Assembly: GCA_045616805.1 (NCBI GenBank)
Contig: JAZLHK010000052.1
Span: 23,140 to 87,139, forward strand
DNA: 64,000 nt
From: Fibrobacter sp.
GTDB taxonomy: Bacteria; Fibrobacterota; Fibrobacteria; Fibrobacterales; Fibrobacteraceae
Direction: 5' to 3'
Both the position numbers and the translations under genes were made by a program. Numbering within the stretch: the first letter of the stretch is position 1; the number at the start of each line of letters is the position of its first letter. This document shows, one piece after another, positions 44,362 to 55,399 of this stretch. A model generated the notes under the pieces. It had not been told where the DNA came from, searched no databases, and saw only the letters and a list, made by a program, of their open reading frames with translations.

Positions 44362-45963
44362 ATGCTGAACGTTTCTAATGTAAGTCTTCAATATGGTAGC
44401 CGCGTCCTCTTCAAGGATGTGAATCTTTCCTTCAAGCCCGGTAACTGCTACGGCGTTATCGGTGCAAACGGCGCAGGCAAATCTACATTCCTTAAAATTC
44501 TCTCTGGTGATTTGGAACCGAATACTGGTGAAGTCACCAAGAACCCCGGTGAACGTATTGCAGTCCTTAAGCAGGACCACTTCGCATACGAACAGAATAC
44601 CGTTCTTGAAACAGTCATGATGGGCTTCCCGGAACTGTACGAACTGGGAAAGAAGCGTGACGAACTGTATGCCCTTCCGGAAATGACCGAAGAACAGGGC
44701 GTGCAGGCTATGGAAATCGAAACCCGCTTTGGTGAAATCGGCGGTTATGAAGCAGACTCCAGCGCAGCTGTTCTCCTGAAGGGTCTTGGCATTCCTGAAG
44801 AATTCCACTACAGCCTCATGGCAGACCTGGATGGCAACCAGAAGATCCGCGTACTCCTGGCTCAGGCCCTGTTCGGCAACCCCGACATTCTTCTGCTTGA
44901 CGAACCGACCAACCATTTGGACTTGGATACCGTCGCCTGGCTTGAAGACTACCTGGAACGTTTTGAAAACGTTGTGATCGTGGTGAGCCATGACCGTCAC
45001 TTCCTGAATACCGTCTGTACCCACACTTGCGATATCGACTATGGCAAGATCAATATCTACGGCGGTAACTATGAATTCTGGTACGCAGCAAGCCAGCTGG
45101 CCCAAAAGCAGCGCAAGGACCAGAACCGTCGTGCAGAAGAAAAGATCGAAGAATTGAAGGCTTTTATTCGCCGCTTCGCATCCAATGCAGCAAAGGCAAA
45201 GCAGGCAACCTCCCGTAAGAAGCTCCTGGACAAGATGACCGTGGAAGAAATGCCGGCCTCCAGCCGCAAGTTCCCCTGGGTCAACTTCAAGATGGACCGC
45301 GAACCGGGTAAGATCGTTCTTGAAGTGAAGAACATGGATATTGATGGTGGCGACGGCATCGTCTGCAAGGGTCTGAACTTCAACCTGAACAATGGCGACA
45401 AAGTGGCTCTCGTCGGTGAATACGGCACTCTGAAGACGGCATTTTTCCAGATGATCGCAGGTGAAATCAAGGCTCCGGAAGGAGTCATCAAGTGGGGCAA
45501 CACCATCACCCAGAACTACTTCCCGAAGAACAACGACGCCTACTTCCAGAGTGACCTCTCCCTGGTGGATTGGCTGCGCCAATACAGCAAGGAACAGGAC
45601 GAAACCTTCATCCGCGGTTTCCTCGGCCGCATGCTCTTCACCGGCGAAGAAGCACTGAAGTGCTGTAATGTTCTCTCCGGTGGTGAAAAGGTCCGCTGCA
45701 TGCTCTCCAAGATGATGCTCAGCAATGCAAACTGCCTGTTGCTGGACGAACCCACCGCTCACCTGGACTTGGAAGCCATTACCGCCCTGAACAACGGCCT
45801 TACCGCATTCCAGGGTCCCATCATCTTCTGTACCCAGGACCATGAATTTGCACAGACCGTTGCAAACCGTGTTCTGGAACTGACACCGGATGGCGTCCTC
45901 GACCGTTCAATCACCTTCGACGAATGGTACGAGTCCAAATCCGCAAAGTCCAAGCGCAAGTAA
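44362..45963 (+). CDS. ABC-F family ATPase (YbiT/EttA-like translation factor type)
   Basis: Two ABC cassettes without TM domains (GANGAGKST; second cassette has LSGGEKVR). An alternative start lies at 44329. Confidence 0.85.
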   Translation: MLNVSNVSLQYGSRVLFKDVNLSFKPGNCYGVIGANGAGKSTFLKILSGDLEPNTGEVTKNPGERIAVLKQDHFAYEQNTVLETVMMGFPELYELGKKRDELYALPEMTEEQGVQAMEIETRFGEIGGYEADSSAAVLLKGLGIPEEFHYSLMADLDGNQKIRVLLAQALFGNPDILLLDEPTNHLDLDTVAWLEDYLERFENVVIVVSHDRHFLNTVCTHTCDIDYGKINIYGGNYEFWYAASQLAQKQRKDQNRRAEEKIEELKAFIRRFASNAAKAKQATSRKKLLDKMTVEEMPASSRKFPWVNFKMDREPGKIVLEVKNMDIDGGDGIVCKGLNFNLNNGDKVALVGEYGTLKTAFFQMIAGEIKAPEGVIKWGNTITQNYFPKNNDAYFQSDLSLVDWLRQYSKEQDETFIRGFLGRMLFTGEEALKCCNVLSGGEKVRCMLSKMMLSNANCLLLDEPTAHLDLEAITALNNGLTAFQGPIIFCTQDHEFAQTVANRVLELTPDGVLDRSITFDEWYESKSAKSKRK

Positions 45964-46059
45964 ATCTCGTCTCGTATGACTTTGCTCTCGCAACAACGAC
46001 CGGTTAATACCGGTCGTTTTTTGCTCACATAAGTCCGCAAAGTCTAAGCGCAAGTAAAT
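45940..46059. repeat. 26-nt direct repeat duplicating the 3' end and stop codon of the ABC-F gene, flanking its terminator
   Basis: TCCGCAAAGTCCAAGCGCAAGTAAAT at 45940-45965 versus TCCGCAAAGTCTAAGCGCAAGTAAAT at 46034-46059 (one mismatch). Confidence 0.85.
45995..46022 (+). terminator. Rho-independent terminator
   Basis: AACGACCGG-TTAATA-CCGGTCGTT followed by TTTT. Confidence 0.85.
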
Positions 46060-46123
46060 TTAGGGTCGTTAAGAACCACGCGGATTAAACCGCGCGGTAC
46101 AAACGATCCGCACCCTTTTACAA

Positions 46124-46166
46124 ACAAAAATACCCTCGGCAGCATTAACTGACCGAGGGCATTTTT
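46124..46166. terminator. Bidirectional hairpin terminator downstream of the minus-strand DUF1015 gene
   Basis: Stem CCCTCGG/CCGAGGG with a 13-nt loop, flanked by A-rich and T-rich runs. Confidence 0.6.
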
Positions 46167-46179
46167 GACTTTATTCTAG

Positions 46180-48030
46180 TTAGTCCAGGGTGTGAACCAG
46201 GAGACCGTCGCGGAGCTTGGGTTCAAACCAGGTGCTCTTGGGCGGCATGATTTCGCCAGCGTCGGCGATGTTCATGAGCTGATCCAGAGTGGTGGGATAC
46301 ATTGCAAATGCGCAAGTGCATTCGCCACTATCAACACGCTTCACCAGTTCGCCGAGACCACGGATACCACCCACGAAGTCGATGTTCTTGGAAGTACGGG
46401 GATCGTCCACGTTGAAGAGGGGCTTCAAAATGAGCTTCTGGAGGAGTGCCACGTCAAGACTGTCAACCGGGCCAAGATTCTGGAGGTATTCAGACTTGAA
46501 GGTGCAGGCATACCACTTGCCACCCATGTAGAAGTTCACCTGGTTCTGCTTTGCGGGGCTCTGCATTTCAGGCAGTTCAGCAATGTCGAAGACCTTAGCC
46601 ATTTCTTCCATGAGCTGTTCCGGAGTATGGCCGTTCAAAGTCTTGAGAACGCGGTTGTAGTCCAGAATCTTCAGCTGGGTGCTGGGGAACAGGATGGCGA
46701 GGTAACGGTTGAATTCTTCTTCACCGGTGTAGGTGCCAGCCTTCTTGGCTTCTTCGGCACGGAAGCTAGCGGCGCGGGCGCCCGCAGCACTGCGGTGGTG
46801 ACCGTCAGCGATGTAGCTAACAGGAACAGCTTCGAAAGCCTTGCGGATGGCAGCGATCTTGGCGTCGTCTTCGATGACCCAAACGGTATGGCCAAAGCCG
46901 TCGGCTTCGGTAACGAAGTCATAGGTGGGAGCAGTCTTGATCACGTCAGCCAGCAGTTCGAACTGGCCTTCGTCGCGGTAGGTCAGGAACACCGGACCGG
47001 TGTTGGCGTTGGTGCCGAGCACATGGCGCAGACGGTCTTCTTCCTTGTCGGCGCGGGTCAGTTCGTGCTTCTTGATGATGCCATTGAAGTAGTCTTCTGC
47101 GGGAACGCAGCAAACCAGGCCGTACTGTTCGCGACCGTTCATGGTCTGGCGATAGATGTAGAGGCAATCCTTCTTGTCGTGGGCGATAACGCCATCGGCA
47201 ATCATCTTGTCCAGGTTTTCGCGAGCGTGGGCATAGACCTTCGGGTCGTAAGCGTCAACGCTGTCATCCAGTTCCAGTTCGGAACGGGTAACGCGGAGGT
47301 AGGAGTGAGGAAGGCCCAGAGCCATTTCCTTGGCTTCAGCGCGGTTCATCACGTCGTACGGGAGTGCAGAGATGTTCTTGGCTTCGGCGGGGTCAACCGG
47401 GCGAAGGGCCTTGAACGGATAGATGTGCATCATAGGTTTCTTTCCTTTGTGAGCTTCTTTGATTAAAACTTCATCTTCACTGATAAGATTGTGAATAAAT
47501 CCAGTCTTTGCAGCCATCCATTTTTTCCGGCGGTGACTTACGATGAAATAAGCTAGAATAAAAAAGATGACACCACCGATGGCAGCCACAATTGTAATGC
47601 CTATAAGGAATGCAATTAGATGGTCCGGCGCATTTTGAGCCAGATTTTTGACAACGGTAACGCAGTTCTTAAAGGACAAGCCTTCCATCTCGGACAAAAA
47701 GTCGAAATTTATCTTGTCCGGTTCAATAATGCGGCAACCAATGTAATAGCCTGCCGGATAGAATAAGCCAAACTGAGTAAAGGGGTTCGCCACAAAGGAG
47801 GAAACCACACCAGGAACCTTAGGCAACTTGAACAGGGCGCAGAAGGCCACCGTCAAAATAATGGCAACACCGATGGTGGGCCAAATACCGATAAAAACTC
47901 CTGCAAAAACAGACCAGGCAACACGCATGGCATCCTGATTCTTGGGGAACATGCGATTATAGTATATGCGACTTAGACGCTTATACTTGGATTCCTGTCT
48001 TCTTTTAGGCAATTTATCCATTAAACTCAT
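46180..48030 (-). CDS. DUF2062 membrane domain fused in frame to a DUF1015 domain
   Basis: Start MSLMDKLPKRRQ at 48030. The N-terminal roughly 200 aa have 4 TM segments (…AWSVFAGVFIGIWPTIG…). The C-terminal roughly 414 aa begin MHIYPFKALRP (DUF1015). There is no stop codon between the two parts. Confidence 0.7.
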   Translation of the reverse strand: MSLMDKLPKRRQESKYKRLSRIYYNRMFPKNQDAMRVAWSVFAGVFIGIWPTIGVAIILTVAFCALFKLPKVPGVVSSFVANPFTQFGLFYPAGYYIGCRIIEPDKINFDFLSEMEGLSFKNCVTVVKNLAQNAPDHLIAFLIGITIVAAIGGVIFFILAYFIVSHRRKKWMAAKTGFIHNLISEDEVLIKEAHKGKKPMMHIYPFKALRPVDPAEAKNISALPYDVMNRAEAKEMALGLPHSYLRVTRSELELDDSVDAYDPKVYAHARENLDKMIADGVIAHDKKDCLYIYRQTMNGREQYGLVCCVPAEDYFNGIIKKHELTRADKEEDRLRHVLGTNANTGPVFLTYRDEGQFELLADVIKTAPTYDFVTEADGFGHTVWVIEDDAKIAAIRKAFEAVPVSYIADGHHRSAAGARAASFRAEEAKKAGTYTGEEEFNRYLAILFPSTQLKILDYNRVLKTLNGHTPEQLMEEMAKVFDIAELPEMQSPAKQNQVNFYMGGKWYACTFKSEYLQNLGPVDSLDVALLQKLILKPLFNVDDPRTSKNIDFVGGIRGLGELVKRVDSGECTCAFAMYPTTLDQLMNIADAGEIMPPKSTWFEPKLRDGLLVHTLD

Positions 48031-48109
48031 GGTGTGCCAAAGATAGCAAAAAAACGAGGACAACGGCAAATGCCAAATCCTGCAGACCAAAATTTCTACA
48101 TTTTATCCC

Positions 48110-48580
48110 ATGAAGCACTTGATTTCAAAAGAAGGCTTTGAAAAGTACAAAGCGGAATGGGAAAGGCTCAAATACGTTGAGCGACCAGAAATGATCAACC
48201 AGGTCCAGGCAGCGGCCGCAGAAGGCGACCGTAGTGAAAACGCCGCCTACACCTACGGCCGCATGCGCGTTCGCGAAATCGACCGCCGTCTCCGCGAACT
48301 GGACCGCATTCTTGATGGAGCACAGATTATCGAGAACAAGGCTCCCGAAGATGGTTCCATCCGTTTCGGCGCTACCGTCAAGATGCTGGACAAAAAACTG
48401 AAGAAGCAAAAGATCTACAGCATCGTCGGGGAAAAGGAAATCGATCCGCTGCAGGGAAAAATCAGCATGAAGTCTCCCATCGGCGAAGCCCTCATGGGCA
48501 AGAAGCAGGGCGATGTAGTCTCCGTCCAGGCTCCCCGCGGAACCATCACCTACGAAATCATGGAAGTAAGCTATCAGTAA
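48110..48580 (+). CDS. greA: Transcription elongation factor GreA
   Basis: 156 aa with a coiled-coil N-terminus containing DRSENAAY and a C-terminal FKBP-like domain. Confidence 0.9.
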   Translation: MKHLISKEGFEKYKAEWERLKYVERPEMINQVQAAAAEGDRSENAAYTYGRMRVREIDRRLRELDRILDGAQIIENKAPEDGSIRFGATVKMLDKKLKKQKIYSIVGEKEIDPLQGKISMKSPIGEALMGKKQGDVVSVQAPRGTITYEIMEVSYQ

Positions 48581-48690
48581 CGAGCAATGAGCCGGTTGCG
48601 TCGCAACCTCTGAGTTCATTTAATCGCGCCTCCGGCGCCAAACCTTTTCTCACAACTCATAGCTCACTGCTCACAACTCACCGCTCATAT
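48581..48690. repeat. Palindromic heptad element filling the greA-tatD spacer
   Basis: CGAG at 48581 and TGAG at 48588. Hairpin GGTTGC/GCAACC. Core TAATCGCGCCT-CC-GGCGCC at 48621-48639. CTCA at 48649, 48656, 48663, 48670, 48677 and 48684, ending 3 nt before the ATG. Confidence 0.92.
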
Positions 48691-49557
48691 ATGTTTATCG
48701 ATTCCCATTGTCATCTTGATGCATACGAAGAATATTCCGGCGAAAAGCTGGACGATCTTTTTGCACGACTGAAGGCGGCAACCGAAGCAGCCCCCTTCCC
48801 TATTCCCGATTTGAGCGGTCCCAGAACCTGGAGTAGCAGCAAATCCAACGCACCAGATCCAAACATCCGTATGCCCGAAGCATTTATCCATGTGGCGTGC
48901 GATCCAAAGGATTTGACCCGCGGAGTGGAACTGATTGAGAAGTATAGTTTCGTGTACGGAGCCTTTGGCATCCATCCCGAGTACGTAAGCGTCACTACAC
49001 CCGAAGACGAGGCGCGAGTTGCCGAGTTGCTTAAGCACCCCAAGTGTGTTGCCTGTGGAGAAATTGGTCTAGACTACCATTACGGAGCCGAAAGGAAATC
49101 TGAGCAATGCAGCTTGTTCGAAAGACAGCTCCGCATCGGAATTGAATCCGGCAAGCCCCTGGTATTCCACCTTCGCGAAGCTGATGACGACGCCCTTGCC
49201 ATTCTCCGCAACGCCCCCTTGCACGACAGAAATATCCATGTTCACTGCTTTACCGGCAATGCCGATTTTGTCCAAAAGCTGCTTGCCCTGGATGCCAACG
49301 TTTTCATTGGATTTACCGGCATCGTCACCTTCAAGAGCGCCGAGAACGTCCGTGAAGCCGCCACCGTGGTGCCACTGGAGCAAATTCTTCTTGAAACCGA
49401 TACGCCCTATATGGCTCCCGTGCCCCACCGTGGCAAGACGTGCCATCCGGGACTCATCCCCTACACCGCCCAGATGCTCAGCGAAATCAAAAAAATGCCC
49501 GTAGAAGAACTCTACAGGCACTGTCGAGAAAACACGCGTAACTGCTACGGCATTTAG
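48691..49557 (+). CDS. tatD: TatD-family DNase/hydrolase
   Basis: MFIDSHCHLD, GIHP, GEIGLDY, HLREA, HCFTG and ETDTPYM motifs. There is an insertion of about 45 aa after the first motif. Confidence 0.85.
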   Translation: MFIDSHCHLDAYEEYSGEKLDDLFARLKAATEAAPFPIPDLSGPRTWSSSKSNAPDPNIRMPEAFIHVACDPKDLTRGVELIEKYSFVYGAFGIHPEYVSVTTPEDEARVAELLKHPKCVACGEIGLDYHYGAERKSEQCSLFERQLRIGIESGKPLVFHLREADDDALAILRNAPLHDRNIHVHCFTGNADFVQKLLALDANVFIGFTGIVTFKSAENVREAATVVPLEQILLETDTPYMAPVPHRGKTCHPGLIPYTAQMLSEIKKMPVEELYRHCRENTRNCYGI

Positions 49558-51530
49558 GAAACGACACCTTCTACAGCGTAGTGTTCCTGCAGATAAGCTA
49601 ATGCATCATCTGGATTCAATGGCTTACTGAAATAGAAACCCTGAATATTCTGGCATCCTTCCTGGCGCAGGAAATCAAGCTGGTCCTTCGTTTCAACGCC
49701 TTCGGCAATAAGGTCCAGATTCAGGGACTTGGCAATACCGATAACCATCTTGGCAAAGGCGGCATCTTCGTCATTTTCTGCCACATGATCCACAAAGGAC
49801 TTGTCCATCTTTAATGTGTGAATAGGATACCGTTTCAGGTAAGAAAGCGAGCTATAGCCCGTGCCAAAATCATCGATGGAAATCTGCAGGCCCATGCCAG
49901 AAAGTTGCCGCATGATACCAATAGCCTTTTCCACTTCACACATGGCAGTGTATTCAGTAATTTCAAGCTTGAGATTTTGTGGATTCAGGTGGGTTTCATT
50001 CAGAACCTGACGAACATCCTCCACCATGCTATCCATGGCAAACTGCTTTGCGCTGAAATTGACAGCCACCTTAATCTTGTCAAAGCCCATGTCCACCCAT
50101 TTCTTGGTCTGTTCACAGGCCATCTTCAGAATGAGGGCTCCCATGGGAACTATCAGGCCAGTCTCTTCAGCAATGGGAATGAACTCTGCAGGGGAAATAA
50201 CCCCCTGTTCCGAATTATTCCAGCGAACTAAGGCTTCAAAGCCCACAATTGTGTCACCGGCAGTAATATCAATAATAGGCTGATACATCAGTACGAATTC
50301 CTTAGCCTGGATGGCCCTGCGGATTTCGTATTCCAGCTTATAAAGCTTCATGGCCTTTTCACGGATTCCACCTTTAAAGAACTGGATTCCGCCATGGTCA
50401 CCATTCTTCTTGAGATCTCGAAGAACGGCGCTGGCGTTGGCCATAATGTCCTCAACACAGTCCACGTCGTGATTCACCACCACCGCCATGGATACGCTGA
50501 TATAAAGTTCACGCCCATCTAGCTGAATCGGGGACTTCACCTTGTTATGCAAGCGCTTTACAATGGGAATCAAGTCATCCTGTTCTCCAGCCCCCTGAAT
50601 GTTGTGAATAACCACGGCAAACACATCAGGGCCAATTCGGGCCACACAGTCGTTTTCTCGACAGCTGGACTTGATACGATCCGAAAAAACACGCAGAACG
50701 CTATCGCCGAATGTAGAAGAATAAGAATCGTTAATGGCGCCAAAGCTATCAATGTCAAGAAGCGCCACAGCAAAGGTATAATCCGGGCGGACAGCGGACA
50801 TGTCCACATCCACCTTCAGTTTTTCCAGGAAGAACTTTCTGTTGTAAACGCCAGTGAGGGCATCCCTGTACACGTAGTACTGCTTCTGTTTTTCCATAGA
50901 AGCGCGATCCACTGAGTTACCAATGGAACCGATAACGCGAATGGGCTTTCCCTCCTCATTCATCTGGGAACGTCCTCTCACCACAACCTTGTGATCAGCA
51001 TCCTTTCCCCCAACCAGTTGAAGAGTCATAGAAAACGACTTGTTACCATTAAGAGCATCGTTCAACTCACTACGGAAGGCCTCCCAATCCGATTCCATAA
51101 TGCAAGACTTCAAAGTATTGAAGGAGTCTTCCACCTTTGAAATATCAATGCCCAAAACCTTGGCCACACGGTCAGACCAGTAAACCTTTCCCGTAGCCAC
51201 ATCAAAAGTCCAGAAGCCATCGGCAGCGACATCCACCATCATCTGGAAGAGTTCATTCTTTTCGTCAAGATCTTTCTGATAATCACGAACGGCATCGGGA
51301 GTCACCTGTGTGGGAATTTCCACATCATTACGCATCTTCTTGGTATTGCCCGCATGAGGAAACTTATAAAAAAGGGCAATATAGGCAAGGAAAACAATCG
51401 CAATGGAATAGGATACAACACCGACCCTATAGCCAGTCAAATTCAAGAGTTCAGGAATAAACGCGGCGAATAGCAGACACGCCAGCAGCAATCCAAAACG
51501 AAGAATTACATGTTCGTCAAATAAACGCAT
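49554..51530 (-). CDS. Membrane-anchored PAS-GGDEF-EAL protein (degenerate GGDEF, intact EAL)
   Basis: Two N-terminal TM segments and a PAS-like region. The GGDEF position reads GPDVF. The EAL domain has EALVRW, DDFGTGYSSL and EGVE. Confidence 0.85.
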   Translation of the reverse strand: MRLFDEHVILRFGLLLACLLFAAFIPELLNLTGYRVGVVSYSIAIVFLAYIALFYKFPHAGNTKKMRNDVEIPTQVTPDAVRDYQKDLDEKNELFQMMVDVAADGFWTFDVATGKVYWSDRVAKVLGIDISKVEDSFNTLKSCIMESDWEAFRSELNDALNGNKSFSMTLQLVGGKDADHKVVVRGRSQMNEEGKPIRVIGSIGNSVDRASMEKQKQYYVYRDALTGVYNRKFFLEKLKVDVDMSAVRPDYTFAVALLDIDSFGAINDSYSSTFGDSVLRVFSDRIKSSCRENDCVARIGPDVFAVVIHNIQGAGEQDDLIPIVKRLHNKVKSPIQLDGRELYISVSMAVVVNHDVDCVEDIMANASAVLRDLKKNGDHGGIQFFKGGIREKAMKLYKLEYEIRRAIQAKEFVLMYQPIIDITAGDTIVGFEALVRWNNSEQGVISPAEFIPIAEETGLIVPMGALILKMACEQTKKWVDMGFDKIKVAVNFSAKQFAMDSMVEDVRQVLNETHLNPQNLKLEITEYTAMCEVEKAIGIMRQLSGMGLQISIDDFGTGYSSLSYLKRYPIHTLKMDKSFVDHVAENDEDAAFAKMVIGIAKSLNLDLIAEGVETKDQLDFLRQEGCQNIQGFYFSKPLNPDDALAYLQEHYAVEGVVS

Positions 51531-51634
51531 ATAAAAACTACTTATATATAGTCTATATCCTTTAGTGTAAAAAAAATCACATATATTCTCAGCGCATTAT
51601 TCCAACTTGGACGAACTTTTTTCTATGCGAAGAC

Positions 51635-51671
51635 AAAAAAAAGGACCCGTCTTTTCGACGAGTCCTTTTTT
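51635..51671. terminator. Bidirectional terminator downstream of gdhA
   Basis: GGACCCGTC-TTTTC-GACGAGTCC flanked by A8 and T6 runs. Confidence 0.8.
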
Positions 51672-51722
51672 AGCTTTTCAAGCTTTTCGAGCTAGGTAAT
51701 ATCCTTCGCTAAGCGAATTCTA

Positions 51723-53099
<1,377 letters not shown>

Positions 53100-53419
53100 T
53101 TATGTTTAATTAAACTTTGGTACCCTACCCCACTTTTCGACGATTCCGACCCGCGAGGCATGGTATTTCTGTTACATTTTTAAAGATAACAAATAATGAA
53201 AAAAAACAAGTAGTTCTATACAAAAATCGTCAATTTCTTACAATTTTGTAAGTTATTTTTTTAGCATAATTTCAAATTGCTTTTTTTGAAAAAATTTAGC
53301 GGGAATACAAGTCAAAAACTAACAATTTTGTAATTTTCGTATTTTCTACACCAATAGTAAATATTATTTTACATTTTGTTTTACGAAAAACGTTAATAGA
53401 CAAACAGTAAAATGCAAAC

Positions 53420-53439
53420 GGCCCCTCCTAGGAGGGGCC
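53420..53439. terminator. Hairpin terminator downstream of the GH9 gene
   Basis: GGCCCCTCC-TA-GGAGGGGCC. Confidence 0.7.
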
Positions 53440-53461
53440 GTATATACAGTGAATAAAAGGC

Positions 53462-55252
53462 CTATAGGTTATTCAGCTTGCGATTGACTTCTGCACCCTT
53501 GGACTTGATGCGTACATTCAAAACGCCCCTAGTCTTGAGCTGCATGTTAACCTGACCGCCCTGGCTACGCTGTCTCTGTACCAAGTTACCCTTCAAGTCA
53601 AAAACTTCAACCGTGAACGGAACGTACCCAGACACAGCAAGAATACCCCTATTCATTCCGATCTTGAAGTCTCCAGCAAGAGAAGACAACGCCCTTACTG
53701 CTGTTGACGTTGAATCCGTTACAGAAGTATCCTTCGGAACATCACCGGGAATAGCAACACCAAGTTCGGAATCGCCCTTGGGAGCCTTCTTGGAAAGGAT
53801 GTAGCCCAGGGCGCCAACCATGGGAGCGTTGATATCAACGCAGACTTCGTTTTCATCCCAAGATCCAACCTTGTCATTGTGAGAGGTGTTACTGAACGCA
53901 CCTGCAATCATGGCTCCAAAGTACTTGTTCTTTGCAGGCGGCTGCAAACCGGAGTCAGGATTCTTGCTAGGATCTTCATTGGCGTAATATCCGCGATGAT
54001 GAACCGCAGTAGGAGCCTTTGCACCATTGCGGTCAAAACCCGCCACGTAGGACTTTTTATTGTCATTGTCGCCAAGGAGGTAAGCCACGTTCTTCTCAAT
54101 CAAGGCTTCATAGTCGCTAGAGCCGGTGAACTTGGAATAAAGGCCATAAAGGAATGCGCCACCAGACGGAGTACGCACAGAGAAGCTGCCGCCGCCACCG
54201 GTTTCCTTAGTGAAGATACCGTTAGCGTCACTCTGGTTTTTATAGATACCATCCAGGAAGGACTTGGCATCCTTGGCATTACCAGCAGCCGGCTTCCAGC
54301 CAAACACCCCCTCACCCATAACCACGGAAAGAGGCACTGCGTTAGCATAGTTCAAGCGGGAGTAGCTACCGGATTCGAACTTCAGCTTAGAGAAATGCTG
54401 TTGAGCTTCAGTCTTATAGGACTCATCCTTAGTGGTACGGTAAAGTTCCAGGGCTCCCAGGAAGGTTCCGTCATCGGTACGGCCATCCCACCAGCCGCTA
54501 TTGTAGTAGTTGCCGGAAGTAGTGACTCCCTTATGAGCCTTGGAGTAAGCGTAGGCGTTCTTTGCCGCGGTCAAGTACTTGACCTGACGCTCTGCATCAG
54601 GTTCCACACGAGCCATGACAGCCATAAAGGCTGCCACCATGCCCGAGGTAAAGGCGTCATCCGTATTGGCCTGCATGATACGGGGGTCACCGCCTTCTTC
54701 GGTACCCATAGTGCTCATCTTGCCCGGAGTCACCCAGTTCTTGTGGTCTACATCGCCGTTGCCCTTAACTGCGACGAAATCCGTTTCGGAGGGAGCAGCC
54801 TTTACCCAGAAATCAGCTTCGTAGCGAAGTTCTTCCAGAAGGTCACGGACCTTGTTGGGCTTACCGCCGGCACGGGAATAATCACCGGATGCCTTATAGT
54901 CGGTGTAGTCACCGGTATAAAGGTCGTAGAAACCTTCCGTAAATTCGGCATAAGCCAGAGCAAGCACGTAGGCACCAAAGCCCTGGGTCTGACCGAACAT
55001 CACATGGTCACCGCAGTCAAACCAACCACCAGAAACATCCTGGCCATTGTAGGTATCCTTCATGAAACTCGTGGTATAGGTGGTACCGTCAGCCATCCAG
55101 TTGGGACCTTCCCCGGAACGCTGGGCGCCGTAGAAACGGGTAGTCATCCATGCTGCCTCGACGTAATCATCGTCAGAGAGGGCTGCGGTGGCATTGGTTG
55201 CAGCCAAGCCAAACAGGGCAAGGCCAGCCACGAAACTTTTCTTAATAAACAT
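53462..55252 (-). CDS. GH9 endoglucanase (cellulase) with a C-terminal sorting/basic domain
   Basis: Signal peptide. FYGAQRSG, GGWFDCGDHVMFG and HHRGY are GH9 signatures. The C-terminus ...VEVFDLKGNLV...NVRIKSKG resembles that of the GLUG protein. Confidence 0.88.
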   Translation of the reverse strand: MFIKKSFVAGLALFGLAATNATAALSDDDYVEAAWMTTRFYGAQRSGEGPNWMADGTTYTTSFMKDTYNGQDVSGGWFDCGDHVMFGQTQGFGAYVLALAYAEFTEGFYDLYTGDYTDYKASGDYSRAGGKPNKVRDLLEELRYEADFWVKAAPSETDFVAVKGNGDVDHKNWVTPGKMSTMGTEEGGDPRIMQANTDDAFTSGMVAAFMAVMARVEPDAERQVKYLTAAKNAYAYSKAHKGVTTSGNYYNSGWWDGRTDDGTFLGALELYRTTKDESYKTEAQQHFSKLKFESGSYSRLNYANAVPLSVVMGEGVFGWKPAAGNAKDAKSFLDGIYKNQSDANGIFTKETGGGGSFSVRTPSGGAFLYGLYSKFTGSSDYEALIEKNVAYLLGDNDNKKSYVAGFDRNGAKAPTAVHHRGYYANEDPSKNPDSGLQPPAKNKYFGAMIAGAFSNTSHNDKVGSWDENEVCVDINAPMVGALGYILSKKAPKGDSELGVAIPGDVPKDTSVTDSTSTAVRALSSLAGDFKIGMNRGILAVSGYVPFTVEVFDLKGNLVQRQRSQGGQVNMQLKTRGVLNVRIKSKGAEVNRKLNNL

Positions 55253-55399
55253 CTTAACTCCAATTTGTTATTCTACACTCAAATCTATACAATTTGTAAA
55301 AAATTGCAAATTCAAAAGTGTTTCCGCTCACAGGTTTTAAGCACGCATCTCCTCCCCTGGAAGGGAATTACCACGATTCGGACAAAAAGTTCCCAAAAA

